DNA from: a candidate division WWE3 bacterium
GTDB lineage: Bacteria; Patescibacteriota; 4484-211; GCA-002791395
Reading direction: 5' to 3'
Length of the DNA stretch: 64,000 bases
Assembly (NCBI GenBank): GCA_013335095.1
Contig: JAAXWF010000003.1
Span: forward strand, 5,960-69,959
The notes under the pieces are model-generated. The model was not told where the DNA came from. It searched no databases and worked only from the letters and a program-made list of their open reading frames with translations. Below are positions 38,022-48,459 of this stretch, piece by piece; position 1 is the first letter of the stretch, and each line of letters starts with the position of its first letter. The position numbers and the translations under genes were made by a program.

Positions 38022-39665
38022 GTGGATTTAAAAATCGTCGAATTAATTGTCTTCTTTGCCTCATCGATCCTAACTATCACTTTTACGTTTATTGGGATTC
38101 CGAATCGTAATCTCCAGCAATTTATCGTCATTCTGATGGTTGTTCTATTATTTTTATTTAAAAAGATACTTTCGGGAGATACTGTCCTGACTCGTAAACC
38201 CAAATTATACGGTGCGGTTTTATTTATTTGTTCATTATTTGTTCAGCTATTAATTTTCTCTACCGGAGGGTTTTATAGTCCCTTCTTAATCGTTATTCAC
38301 TTATTTACACTAGGAGTTGGTTTCTTGATGTCCCTACGATCTTCAATGATTTTTCTACTGTTAACTATGACAATATTGGTAGGCCAATTGAGACTGGATC
38401 CTATTATTAAGTCGTTATTTGATAGCGATCCTTGGTCTGTCGTACTCTACTTCTTGTCGTTCGTCGCAATTATTCCTTTGTCACAGTTGCTGGTTCGTAA
38501 ATATCACCTAAAAGAGAAAATTACAGAATTTTTAAGTCAGCAGATTCAATTAAGTGAGATGAGAGAAGAGTCAATTATGCAGGGCTTAAGTGATCTTGTT
38601 ATCGTTGTTAACCGTGATCTAAAAATAATCTCGGTGAATGAATCTGTTCGACGACTATTAGATTTAACAAACGCTCAAATAATTTTCCATCCGCTTTTAG
38701 ACGTAATTACTTTGGAGAGTCAAAGTGGGGAAGTGGTAAATAAGGAATCGCTTTCTGTTGACAAAATTTTAAACGATAAATCGGCACGTATGGTCGATGG
38801 CCTGTACCTTAAGCCAAAAGTTGATGCAAAGGTAATACCAATAACAATTCAAATGCGACCAATCGTTAACTTGAATGGTCAAGTAGAACAGGTCGTATGT
38901 GTATTAAATGAAGCCAAGGAGGATGCCATTGATGAAGAACATATCCGCCAGTTGTCAAAAGCAAAAACTGAATATGAAGAACGCTTAGCTCAATTTAAAC
39001 AAACCCTTCAAGAAAAAGGGTTATCTGAATTAAATCGTCAACTTGAAGTAATACATAAAACTGAAGAAGATTTATTAACGTCTCTAGAGCTCGATGAAGG
39101 CGCTATCCATCCAAGAATGACTTTAGTTAATTTGGTCGGGCTTATCCGAAAAGTTGTCGTGATGCAAAGTGATTATTCTTTAGGTTTTGGAGTTCGTATA
39201 AATGCATTATTGCCACAAAATGATTTAACTATGCCTGCAGATGGCGTCACTAATCCCAAAGGAAGTACCGTGCCCTATCTTGTTCATCCCGAAGCAGAAT
39301 TAACTATTCCTGCTGACGCCGATTGGTTATCATTATTGTTAGTAAAATTATTAGATATATCTATATTGCTAAGTTCGGGCACCGTTGATCGAACAGTCAA
39401 TGTTCAATTGCTCCCGCTTGAATCCTCGTTGACGATACGAATCTTAACTTCTTTCAGGGCGTTGTCAGAAGAAGAAAAGAAGAGCTTGTTTAATATGTAT
39501 TATGGTGCGTTAGCCAAACAGACTAATCTTACTTATGGGAGTGGGCTCGAAGGGTATTTAGTAAAAACAATTTCCCGTCAATTAAGTATACAGGTGGAAC
39601 CAGAACAAGATAACGATACTGGATATTTAGTATTTCGAATAAATTTTAAACGTAGTATTAAATAA
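38022..39665 (+). CDS. Membrane PAS sensor with a degenerate histidine-kinase-like C-terminus
   Basis: About 5 TMs (TGGFYSPF); PAS (SIMQGLSDLVIVVNRDLKIISVNE); HATPase remnants (ADADWL..LL, LSEEEKKSLF, GSGL). No H-box, N-box Asn or DxGxG. Confidence 0.7.
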   Translation: MDLKIVELIVFFASSILTITFTFIGIPNRNLQQFIVILMVVLLFLFKKILSGDTVLTRKPKLYGAVLFICSLFVQLLIFSTGGFYSPFLIVIHLFTLGVGFLMSLRSSMIFLLLTMTILVGQLRLDPIIKSLFDSDPWSVVLYFLSFVAIIPLSQLLVRKYHLKEKITEFLSQQIQLSEMREESIMQGLSDLVIVVNRDLKIISVNESVRRLLDLTNAQIIFHPLLDVITLESQSGEVVNKESLSVDKILNDKSARMVDGLYLKPKVDAKVIPITIQMRPIVNLNGQVEQVVCVLNEAKEDAIDEEHIRQLSKAKTEYEERLAQFKQTLQEKGLSELNRQLEVIHKTEEDLLTSLELDEGAIHPRMTLVNLVGLIRKVVVMQSDYSLGFGVRINALLPQNDLTMPADGVTNPKGSTVPYLVHPEAELTIPADADWLSLLLVKLLDISILLSSGTVDRTVNVQLLPLESSLTIRILTSFRALSEEEKKSLFNMYYGALAKQTNLTYGSGLEGYLVKTISRQLSIQVEPEQDNDTGYLVFRINFKRSIK

Positions 39666-39669
39666 CCAT

Positions 39670-40269
39670 ATGAAATATGTTCTAGTCGTGGGTCTTTCTT
39701 TTTATTTAATTATATTTCCATCTGTTTCTAGAGCAGAGGTGCGTGGTCGTATTTTTTCGGTTCCAATTTCATTTAGCTCTAATGAGTCGGTGACTGCAGT
39801 TGATTATATTGTTGATGTTAAAGGGGGGGAGGTTATCTCATTCAATTGTGGTTCTATCGAATTCACGAAGCTGATCCAGCAAGAAAATCGTTGCGTTTCT
39901 TTTAATCCACATGGTTCACGGTCCTCGACCATTGGTACTGTAAAAGTTCGAAGCGAGTCTGACGCAGCAGAACTTGTGGTTAACGTAACTGGCATGATGA
40001 GTAATGCTTTCGGTACAGAACCAACGTTGCGAGTATTTAACGGTGGTCGTTTTCCTATTACCGATCAAGAAGTTACGCATAGGATGGGTGATTTAAATGG
40101 CGATTCTCAAATAACTATTCACGATTTCGGTATATTTGCTGGTTATTATGCCAAGCGTGATATAGATAATGATTCTGCTGTCGAATTGCAGATTGCTGAT
40201 CTCGATAATAACGGTATTATATCGATCTTTGATCTGGGCAGGTTAGTTGAATTATTTCGTTCACGCTAG
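39670..40269 (+). CDS. Secreted cohesin-like + dockerin protein
   Basis: Signal peptide; VPISF...VTAVDY..CG...CVSFNP domain; duplicated Ca-binding loops GDLNGDSQITIHDF and ADLDNNGIISIFDL. Confidence 0.75.
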   Translation: MKYVLVVGLSFYLIIFPSVSRAEVRGRIFSVPISFSSNESVTAVDYIVDVKGGEVISFNCGSIEFTKLIQQENRCVSFNPHGSRSSTIGTVKVRSESDAAELVVNVTGMMSNAFGTEPTLRVFNGGRFPITDQEVTHRMGDLNGDSQITIHDFGIFAGYYAKRDIDNDSAVELQIADLDNNGIISIFDLGRLVELFRSR

Positions 40270-40334
40270 TGTCTTAATATTCATAAAATGATTTATTGAC
40301 TCACTAATTTCAAAATGTTACGATGAACTAAGTT

Positions 40335-40892
40335 ATGCAAAGAAAGATTAAAAATAACTCAGTATTATTCGCAACCATAAGCCTTCTATCAACTGTTTTT
40401 TATATTAATTCGGCAAATCTCGTACATGCACAAGATACAGTAGATGTTCCAATCGTATTTGAATCATCTGATCCTATTACTGCTGCTGATTTTAGTGTCG
40501 AAGTTAACGGTGGTACATTAATTTCACTAAAATGTGGTGGCGATCATTTCCAATCAATTGATACAAGCATGCAGAATAAGTGTATTGTATTTAATCCATC
40601 AGGTGCGACGAGTGGTACGCTTGGTACAGCTACTGTTAGAAGTACGAATGGCGGAAAAGCAACCGTAACCCCTAGTGGAACGTTTAGTACAGCCGAAGGC
40701 GTTGAACCATCTCACTCAACGATCCGCGGAACAGACACTGCAAATGTTAATACAAATACCAATACTCAAGATCCAGTACGCGACAGTCAAGCGATTTATA
40801 TGTTCATCGTAGTTGCGTTAGTATTGGTGGTTTTAGCCATCGTGGCTGCTTACTTCTTTTTGCACAAAAAGGAATCTTCATCGACTCTGTAA
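40335..40892 (+). CDS. Cohesin-like domain protein with a C-terminal TM anchor
   Basis: Signal peptide (VHA-QD); the same repeat domain; NTNTNT linker; TM + HKK. Confidence 0.75.
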   Translation: MQRKIKNNSVLFATISLLSTVFYINSANLVHAQDTVDVPIVFESSDPITAADFSVEVNGGTLISLKCGGDHFQSIDTSMQNKCIVFNPSGATSGTLGTATVRSTNGGKATVTPSGTFSTAEGVEPSHSTIRGTDTANVNTNTNTQDPVRDSQAIYMFIVVALVLVVLAIVAAYFFLHKKESSSTL

Positions 40893-40930
40893 TTGATAAA
40901 AGCGGTCACGAAATGTTTATCAATATACGT

Positions 40931-41593
40931 ATGTCTAAAAAAAAATTATCATTTGTAGTTGTACTTGTTTTAATCTTCTTTGCTTTTATCGAAGTTAAGC
41001 ATTCAATGGCTGAATCAATTGGTGATACCTTTAATTCAACCATTACCTTTTCTGCAAGTGAAAATGTTACTGCGGCAGATTTTACGGTTACTGTCTCTGG
41101 CGGGACTCTAAACAGTCTTACGTGTGGCGGCTCTGGATTTTCTAATTTAGCGAGTAGCGGAAATAATTGTGTGGTATTTAATCCAATTGGTGCTACTAGC
41201 GGCACTCTCGCAACCGTGAATATAACCGCTACAATGGAAGGTACATTAACTGTCGTCGTCACCGGAACCCTAAGTACCTCAGGCGGCAGCCCTCCAACAA
41301 CCGGACAATTAATAGGTGAATCCTTTACCATAACTGCTTCAACCATTACGCCTACAGCGACGCCGAGCCCAACAGTTATGCCATCTGTAACAACGGCATT
41401 AACACTGACTCCATCTGCTACAGCGACACCCACAACTACGATTAGTGATGCTCCAACCGTAATGCCTACGCCGACATTGAGCGGTATTACCCGTAATTTG
41501 CCCGTTACCGGAACTTCGAGCGTAACTTCCTTATTAATCGTAATTATTACATCTGCTTTATCAATCGGGTATTTGCTGTTAAAACAAGCGTAA
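40931..41593 (+). CDS. Cohesin-like domain protein with PT linker and LPVTG sorting signal
   Basis: Signal peptide; repeat domain; TPTATPSPT linker; LPVTG + hydrophobic helix + K. An alternative start exists at 40913. Confidence 0.8.
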   Translation: MSKKKLSFVVVLVLIFFAFIEVKHSMAESIGDTFNSTITFSASENVTAADFTVTVSGGTLNSLTCGGSGFSNLASSGNNCVVFNPIGATSGTLATVNITATMEGTLTVVVTGTLSTSGGSPPTTGQLIGESFTITASTITPTATPSPTVMPSVTTALTLTPSATATPTTTISDAPTVMPTPTLSGITRNLPVTGTSSVTSLLIVIITSALSIGYLLLKQA

Positions 41594-41642
41594 ATTCCTA
41601 TTGACAATCAATAGTCAAAACAGATATTGTATTTACATCAGT

Positions 41643-43061
41643 ATGAAAACGAGTTCACCTTCTGCACATAGAAATAATGAAAATTGGTCTGGACTTGTTA
41701 AAAAAGAACATCAAATCTTAAGTGTAATTATTGCTTCTACTGGTGGATTATTAGTACTGTTCTTTCTAGTAGCGTTTACTTTCCCCCTGCGTTCCAAATT
41801 ATTAGAATCTCTCTATCCAAAACAAAATAGTGAGGCATTTAGTGATGTCGTTGTTTTAGGTAATACCGTCGTTAGCGTTCCAATTGAACTTCAGGCGACT
41901 GAAAATGTAACTGCAATTGATGTTGATGTTAGTGTTGCTGGAGGAACTCTTGAAGGATTGACTTGTGGGGGTGCTAGTTTTGAAAATACATCAAAAAGCA
42001 CTTCAAGCAAGTGTGTTATTTTTAGCCCGTCGGGTGCTCAAAATGGTGTTGTAGCAATGGCTTTAGTAAAGTCAGGAACTAGTGGTACTCTTGCCGTGAA
42101 TGTTGACGGAAATCTCAGTACTGCTGATGGGAATGCCCCTACTCAAGGAAATGTGTATGGAGTCGTATTTAGAATAGTACAATCATTAACAACGACGGAT
42201 AAATTATATGTACCTGTTTCATTTAATGCGAGCGAAGCTGTGACAGCCGCAGATTACACCTTGTCAATTACAGGTGGCGAGTTGCTTCAGACCTCTTGTG
42301 GTGGAAGTGGATTCCGTGAGATCCTTCATAACAATAATAATTGTGTTGTGTTCAATGTGAACGGTGTAACTCAAGGAGTTATCGGATCTGCCGTTGTCAG
42401 ACCTACGACAACTTCTACATCTTTGAGTGTGAATATAACTGGTACTTTAAGTACTGAAAGTGGTCGAGCTCCTTCAACTGGTACATTCAATAATTTAACG
42501 ATACCAGTAAATCGTGCAGCTAGTGCTACGCCGACAAACATGCCCTCGCCGACTGTCACGGTTACTCCATCGCCAACGGTTGTACCAACAGCTACAACCG
42601 CACCGACACCATCGACTGCACCCGGAACATTCGGGGTCGGTAATATTACCTCACCAACATACAGCGAAACTGTAGGGGTACAAGGTACAAAAGAAGCTAA
42701 TACCTCAATTTGGCTCAATGGTACACAAATAGTGACTTCCAATACATCGACTACATGGAGTACTAATGTAACTCTTGATCTGGGTACCAATACTCTTGTC
42801 TTTTCACAGCATGCTGGTGGCGGCACTAATCGGGATTTAACACAGACTGTTGATCGACGTGGTCTTGGGGATATCAATGGCGATGAAGTTGTAAATGTCT
42901 TTGATGTCGGAATCTTTGCTGGACATTATAATGAGACAAACGTAACCGACAACAGTGTCTCAGAAGCACGACTTAGCGATATGCGAAAAAATGGAGTCAT
43001 AGATGTCTTTGATCTCGGAATCCTCGCAGGTAGATACGGAAGCCAATACACATATAATTAA
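41643..43061 (+). CDS. Mini-scaffoldin-like protein: TM, two cohesin-like domains, PT linker, Ig-like domain, dockerin
   Basis: Two copies of the repeat domain; GDINGDEVVNVFDV and SDMRKNGVIDVFDL loops. TTGACA-18-TATTGT promoter precedes ATG 41643. Confidence 0.78.
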   Translation: MKTSSPSAHRNNENWSGLVKKEHQILSVIIASTGGLLVLFFLVAFTFPLRSKLLESLYPKQNSEAFSDVVVLGNTVVSVPIELQATENVTAIDVDVSVAGGTLEGLTCGGASFENTSKSTSSKCVIFSPSGAQNGVVAMALVKSGTSGTLAVNVDGNLSTADGNAPTQGNVYGVVFRIVQSLTTTDKLYVPVSFNASEAVTAADYTLSITGGELLQTSCGGSGFREILHNNNNCVVFNVNGVTQGVIGSAVVRPTTTSTSLSVNITGTLSTESGRAPSTGTFNNLTIPVNRAASATPTNMPSPTVTVTPSPTVVPTATTAPTPSTAPGTFGVGNITSPTYSETVGVQGTKEANTSIWLNGTQIVTSNTSTTWSTNVTLDLGTNTLVFSQHAGGGTNRDLTQTVDRRGLGDINGDEVVNVFDVGIFAGHYNETNVTDNSVSEARLSDMRKNGVIDVFDLGILAGRYGSQYTYN

Positions 43062-43072
43062 TACGACTTAAA

Positions 43073-43711
43073 ATGTCTAATCTTTATCAACGTTTTTTCA
43101 TCGAACAAAATGTTATTACAAAATTAGGAATCTTTTATTTCACAAGCGCTGTTCTATCGTTTACGTATATTTCACTCACGTTTCCATTTTTTAACAATCA
43201 AAATAGTTCTCTTTATAAAAAATCACAAGCATCCGCAAATCAAGCACCGGCTGTAGTCGTTGTCCCAAGTTCAAGTCATGAATATAACAGTGATCATTCA
43301 ATATTTACCGTAGTCATTCCATATTCATTTAGTTATTCTGAATCAGTTAACATATATGGAACTGTATCAGAAGGGTATAGTCTCTCTATAAACAATAACA
43401 AAATTGATCCATATGAAGATCAAAGATGGGATTCCCAGGTAATATTGTATGGTCGCGATAACGTTATTACTATCACTGCATTTGATAATTTGGGGAACGA
43501 AGTTGAAGCATTAAATGTGCCTATTCAAAAGAGAACGAAGTGTGATATAAATGAAGATGAAGCGGTGGATAGATCCGACATTGAGCTAATTAACGGTATT
43601 GTTTCAGGATTAATCACACCAGTTATTAGCCAATTAGAAAGTGCTGATTGTAATCAAGATGGTATCGTAAATAGTAGCGATATATCGATTGTAACCAGTT
43701 TAGCGAATTAA
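43073..43711 (+). CDS. Membrane-anchored Ig-like + dockerin protein
   Basis: N-terminal TM; Ig-like segment (VNIYGTV..ITITAFDNLGN); CDINEDEAVDRSDI and ADCNQDGIVNSSDI. Confidence 0.72.
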   Translation: MSNLYQRFFIEQNVITKLGIFYFTSAVLSFTYISLTFPFFNNQNSSLYKKSQASANQAPAVVVVPSSSHEYNSDHSIFTVVIPYSFSYSESVNIYGTVSEGYSLSINNNKIDPYEDQRWDSQVILYGRDNVITITAFDNLGNEVEALNVPIQKRTKCDINEDEAVDRSDIELINGIVSGLITPVISQLESADCNQDGIVNSSDISIVTSLAN

Positions 43712-43713
43712 TT

Positions 43714-44298
43714 ATGAGAAATACTGCCTTATTAAGTTCTTTTGTAGCTTTATTTTTAACAACTGCGTTATTAGTACCATCAGTTACCCAGGCTGAAACC
43801 GTCGGGAGTACTATTTCTGTTCCAATTACATTTACTGCGTCTGATGCTGTTACTGCTGCTGACTTTACCGTTAGTGTAACAAATGGTCAGCTGCAAGAGA
43901 TCAGTTGTGGCGGTAGCGGTTTCAGTAGCTTGAGTAGTAATGGCTCTCAGTGTGTTGTATTTAATCCCTCTGGTGCAACAAGCGGAACACTCGCAACAGT
44001 TACAGTGTTAGCTAACACTGCAGGCACACTAACTGTTAGTGCTGTTGGAACCTTAAGTACAGCAGGTGGGGTTGCCCCAACTACTGGACAGATTAATGGT
44101 TCGACCTATACTATTACGGGAAGCGGTGGTGCAACTGCTACTTCTACACCAGCTCCATCCGCCTCAACTTCTCGAACACCCACTCCGACTGCAATTGGTG
44201 CGTTACCAAGTAGCGGTGCTGTTGATGCGACCTTAATATACTCTCTTATTATCGCTTCTCTACTGGGTAGTGGCTTTTGGTTATTCCGTAAACTTTAG
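43714..44298 (+). CDS. Cohesin-like domain protein with PT linker and LPSSG sorting signal
   Basis: Signal peptide (TQA-ET); repeat domain; LPSSG + hydrophobic helix + RKL. Confidence 0.8.
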   Translation: MRNTALLSSFVALFLTTALLVPSVTQAETVGSTISVPITFTASDAVTAADFTVSVTNGQLQEISCGGSGFSSLSSNGSQCVVFNPSGATSGTLATVTVLANTAGTLTVSAVGTLSTAGGVAPTTGQINGSTYTITGSGGATATSTPAPSASTSRTPTPTAIGALPSSGAVDATLIYSLIIASLLGSGFWLFRKL

Positions 44299-44342
44299 TA
44301 TTACTATTTATTGAAAATGCGGATGATAAAAAATAAAACAAA

Positions 44343-45356
44343 TTATGCTACAACTTCGTGTAGTTCTTGATTCTCTTGTGTTTGTTTTTCTTCTTTTCCA
44401 CTAAATACTTCACCGTTATTACTCACAATATCGATCTTGTAGCCAGTTAATTTTGATGCTAGTCTTACGTTTTGACCTTCCTTACCTATAGCTAACGACA
44501 GCTGATCATCAGGTACTTCAACCTGGGCTGCTCTTTTTTCGTCGTCAATTATTACATCACTAACATGTGCTGGTGATAGGGCATTAATTATAAACTTAGT
44601 TACGACGTCACTCCACAAGATAATGTCCATTTTTTCACCATTTAATTCATTGGTGACTGCCTGTACTCGTACACCACGTTGTCCGACCATTGATCCTACC
44701 GGATCAACCCCATCTTGCACACTCATCACGGCGATTTTAGTTCGGCTACCTGGTTCTCGTGCAATATTTTTAATCACAACTGCCTTGCTTTGAATTTCTG
44801 GTACTTCTAGTTCAAATAATGCGCGTACAAGATCTGCATCCGAACGAGATACGATAATATCGTGATGATTTTCTCGTTCAACGATTTTTTTAACATATAC
44901 TTTAAGCCTTTGATTATTTTGATAGCTTTCAGCAAAAACTTGTTCTTCGCGAGGCATCACGGCAATCGTTCGTCCGACATCTACTAACCAACTACCGCGT
45001 TCAAAACGTTGCAACATACCTGGTACGACCCGTCCTATTTTTTCTTGAAATTCTTCAAGAGCAGCATTTTTTTCTGCTTCTCGTACACCTTGAAGGATCA
45101 CTTGTTTGGCTGTCTGGGCTGCAATACGACCAAATCCAGGAGGAGTAATATCATCTCCATCTTTTGATAATGCGACTTCACCGGATTCTGGATCAATCGT
45201 TACGGTTACGCTTTCAACCTCTTCGTCTGCTAATGGATAATCTTTGCGATATGCGGCAATCATAGCCTTTTCTAAAGTTGACATTATATCTTCAGGTTTT
45301 ATCCCCCGTTCACTTGCTATTTGGCGAATGGCCGCCATAAATTCTGATTTAATCAT
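44343..45356 (-). CDS. nusA: Transcription elongation factor NusA
   Basis: FGRIAAQTAKQVILQ, LFELEVPEI, AREPGSRTKIAV, LSLAIGKEGQNVRLA. Confidence 0.97.
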   Translation of the reverse strand: MIKSEFMAAIRQIASERGIKPEDIMSTLEKAMIAAYRKDYPLADEEVESVTVTIDPESGEVALSKDGDDITPPGFGRIAAQTAKQVILQGVREAEKNAALEEFQEKIGRVVPGMLQRFERGSWLVDVGRTIAVMPREEQVFAESYQNNQRLKVYVKKIVERENHHDIIVSRSDADLVRALFELEVPEIQSKAVVIKNIAREPGSRTKIAVMSVQDGVDPVGSMVGQRGVRVQAVTNELNGEKMDIILWSDVVTKFIINALSPAHVSDVIIDDEKRAAQVEVPDDQLSLAIGKEGQNVRLASKLTGYKIDIVSNNGEVFSGKEEKQTQENQELHEVVA

Positions 45357-45426
45357 AAACGAATTATATCATCCTAACGCTTAAGTTGTCGATCCTGTCT
45401 ATAGGGTAGGGAATGAGTGCGCTAAA

Positions 45427-46560
45427 TTATCCAAATAGAGTATCAAAAATATGCTTTGGTTTACTCGCCGATTCGGATAATTGTTGATAGAGTTCCTTCT
45501 CTTTTTTTGATAATTTGGTTGGTATTTCTACCTTTACAGTGACTATCTGGTCACCTTTTTGTTGTGATTTTTGTAAATTCAGGGTTCCTTGTCCCTTTAT
45601 TTTGAATTCATTTCCAGATTGTGTTCCGGCCGGTATGGTTAAGTCGTGTTCTCCGTAAATCGTTGGTATTTTAATAGTATCACCTAATACTAATTGTGGT
45701 ATTGATACCGGTAGTACCAACAGTATGTCGGCATCTTTTCGAGTAAATATTTTATGTGGCTCAACCTTAAATAATAAGTATAAATCACCCGCAGGACTCT
45801 GGTTTTCACCGATGTTACCTTTATTTTTGAACCGCATTTTAACGCCTGTATCGACTCCCGCTGGAATATTGATTGTTAATTTCTCTTCCTGATTCCTACG
45901 GCCAGTACCCCGGCATTGTGGACATGGATCTACTACTATTTTCCCTTTACCTCTACATGTCGGACAGGGAACTACTTGAGCAAACTGTGCCCCAAGAAAT
46001 GACTGTTTGACCTGGACACGCCCATTGCCTCTACACTGTTCACATGTTTTCATTCCTGCCTTTTTCTTTTTACTGCCTGTTCCATCGCAGGTCTCGCATG
46101 CTTGCTGTCTTTGATAGCTTATGGTCTTTTCTGCCCCTAAAACAGCTTCTTCGAATGAGATTTTATATACCATCTCTAAATCTTCACCCGATGGTTGAGC
46201 CGTACCTTGGCTTGATCGACTACCACCAAAAAACTGCTCAAATATGTCAAAAGGATCTTGAAAACCGCCAAATATATCTTCAAAGTTACTGTTATATCCT
46301 GCATTACCGTATGGGTTGTAACCACCTTGCCGTGCTTGCTCAAATCCTTGGTGGCCGAGTCGATCATAGGCCGCTTTCTTTTCGGCGTTAGAGAGTACCT
46401 GATACGCTTGAGATATTTCTTTGAATTTATCTTGACTCTGAGGATCTTTATTTACATCTGGATGGTATTTTTTGGCAAGTTTTTTATATGCAGATTTGAT
46501 ATCCGCTTCACTTGCCTGCTGATTAACTCCGAGGATATCGTAATAATTTTGTGAAGCCAT
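45427..46560 (-). CDS. dnaJ: Chaperone DnaJ
   Basis: J domain with HPD, G/F region, four CxxCxGxG repeats. Confidence 0.97.
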   Translation of the reverse strand: MASQNYYDILGVNQQASEADIKSAYKKLAKKYHPDVNKDPQSQDKFKEISQAYQVLSNAEKKAAYDRLGHQGFEQARQGGYNPYGNAGYNSNFEDIFGGFQDPFDIFEQFFGGSRSSQGTAQPSGEDLEMVYKISFEEAVLGAEKTISYQRQQACETCDGTGSKKKKAGMKTCEQCRGNGRVQVKQSFLGAQFAQVVPCPTCRGKGKIVVDPCPQCRGTGRRNQEEKLTINIPAGVDTGVKMRFKNKGNIGENQSPAGDLYLLFKVEPHKIFTRKDADILLVLPVSIPQLVLGDTIKIPTIYGEHDLTIPAGTQSGNEFKIKGQGTLNLQKSQQKGDQIVTVKVEIPTKLSKKEKELYQQLSESASKPKHIFDTLFG

Positions 46561-46571
46561 TGGTCATTGGA

Positions 46572-48458
46572 TTAATTAGACTTATTTTCGTCTTCATTTA
46601 CAATTTCGCCTTCGGCCGACTGTTCGGACGGATTTTGAGGTTGTTCTGGTGTCGTCTCAGCTGAAGGTTGGTCATACATTAACGCTCCGATTGCTTGGAT
46701 TGACTGGGATAAATCTTCAGTAAGCTTCTTTAATTGTTCTAAATCTTCAATATGAAGGTTCTCTTTTACTGCTTTTACCTTTGTTTCTATGTCTGATTTT
46801 TTATCTGCTGGAATTTTATCGGCAAATTCACGGAGAGATTTTTCGGCTGTATATACTAAATTGTCGGCCTGATTGCGATATTCGATTAATTCTTTTCTCT
46901 TGCGATCTTCTTCAGCATGAGCCTGTGCTTCCTGTTGCATTCGCGCGATCTCATCTTTCGATAAGCCAGTTGTATTTTGGATTACAATTTTTTGCTGATT
47001 GCCCGTTGCTTTATCTTTTGCCGAAACGTTGAGAATACCGTTGGCATCAATATCGAAAGTAACTTCAATCTGCGGTATTCCTCGTGGTGCTGGTGGAATA
47101 CCAGTTAATTGGAAACGTCCAAGACTCTTATTCTCTGACGCCAATGGTCTTTCTCCTTGCAATACATTAATCTCAACAGAAGTTTGGTTATCTGCTGCAG
47201 TCGAAAATACTTGAGATTGGGCTGTTGGAATTGTTGTATTGCGCTCAATTAAGGGCGTCATCACTCCACCAAGTGTTTCAATACCCAACGTAAGAGGGGT
47301 AACGTCCAAAAGAAGCACGTCCTTAACTTCACCGCCGAGTACTCCGGCTTGAATGGCTGCACCGATCGCGACTACCTCATCAGGGTTGACTCCTTTATGA
47401 GGTTCTTTACCAAAAAATGAGGCTACTTTCTGTTGGATATAGGGCATTCGAGTCTGCCCTCCGACCAAGACGACCTGGCCTATTTGATCTTTTGTTACTC
47501 CGGCATCCGATAGCGCTTGATTTAGCGCATTAAAAGTCCTTTCAACAAGATCATCAACCAGCTGTTCTAACTTTGAACGGGTAAGTGTGAGCATCAAATG
47601 TTTAGGTCCCGTGGCATCTGCTGTTATAAACGGTATATTGATTTCTGTTTCAGGCTTTGCGGATAACTCAATCTTAGCCTTCTCTGCTGCGTCTTTCAGA
47701 CGTTGTAAGGCCTGGCGGTCTTGACGTAAATTAATACCTTGTTCTGTTTGGAATGATTGCGCCAAAAATTCAATTATTTTTTGATCAAAGTCATCTCCAC
47801 CGAGATGAGTATCTCCATGAGTCGCCTTGACTTCAAATACACCATCACCGACTTCAAGAATTGATATATCAAAGGTTCCACCGCCAAGATCATACACGGC
47901 GATCGTTTCATTGACTGTTTTATCGAGCCCGTAGGCGAGTGCCGCTGCGGTCGGTTCGTTTATAATACGTTTAACCTCTAAACCAGCAATTTCTCCAGCC
48001 TGTTTTGTCGCCTGTCTTTGTGAATCATTAAAATATGCTGGTACCGTTATTACGGCAGAATCTACTGTTTCTCCAAGATAACTTTCGGCATCTTGTTTGA
48101 GCTTCATGAGAATTTTTGCCGAGATTTCTTGAGGGGTGTATGTTTTGCCAGCATACGAAACAGCCGCGGAGTTATCGTGTCCCGAAACTATCTCATATGA
48201 GAGGAATTTTTTAAGTTCTTGAACTTCAGGATCTTCTACCCTTCGTCCCATGAGTCGTTTGACTGAATAGATTGTTTTTTGTGGAGCAACCACCAACTGT
48301 CTTTTGGTTACCTCACCAACAACACCTGTTTCGATATCGACAACTGAAGGTATGGTCGTACGTCCTTCACTGGATGGGATTACTTTTGGCTGCCCACCCT
48401 CCATGACGGCGACTACTGAATTAGTTGTTCCTAAATCTATTCCTACTGTTTTTGCCAT
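46572..48458 (-). CDS. dnaK: Chaperone DnaK
   Basis: [38 protein letters not shown]. Confidence 0.98.
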   Translation of the reverse strand: MAKTVGIDLGTTNSVVAVMEGGQPKVIPSSEGRTTIPSVVDIETGVVGEVTKRQLVVAPQKTIYSVKRLMGRRVEDPEVQELKKFLSYEIVSGHDNSAAVSYAGKTYTPQEISAKILMKLKQDAESYLGETVDSAVITVPAYFNDSQRQATKQAGEIAGLEVKRIINEPTAAALAYGLDKTVNETIAVYDLGGGTFDISILEVGDGVFEVKATHGDTHLGGDDFDQKIIEFLAQSFQTEQGINLRQDRQALQRLKDAAEKAKIELSAKPETEINIPFITADATGPKHLMLTLTRSKLEQLVDDLVERTFNALNQALSDAGVTKDQIGQVVLVGGQTRMPYIQQKVASFFGKEPHKGVNPDEVVAIGAAIQAGVLGGEVKDVLLLDVTPLTLGIETLGGVMTPLIERNTTIPTAQSQVFSTAADNQTSVEINVLQGERPLASENKSLGRFQLTGIPPAPRGIPQIEVTFDIDANGILNVSAKDKATGNQQKIVIQNTTGLSKDEIARMQQEAQAHAEEDRKRKELIEYRNQADNLVYTAEKSLREFADKIPADKKSDIETKVKAVKENLHIEDLEQLKKLTEDLSQSIQAIGALMYDQPSAETTPEQPQNPSEQSAEGEIVNEDENKSN

Positions 48459-48459
48459 A

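Noticed and set aside
40906-42877. Minus-strand ORFs 40906..41607 and 42371..42877
   Set aside because: Antisense to Thr/Ser-rich cohesin-like genes.
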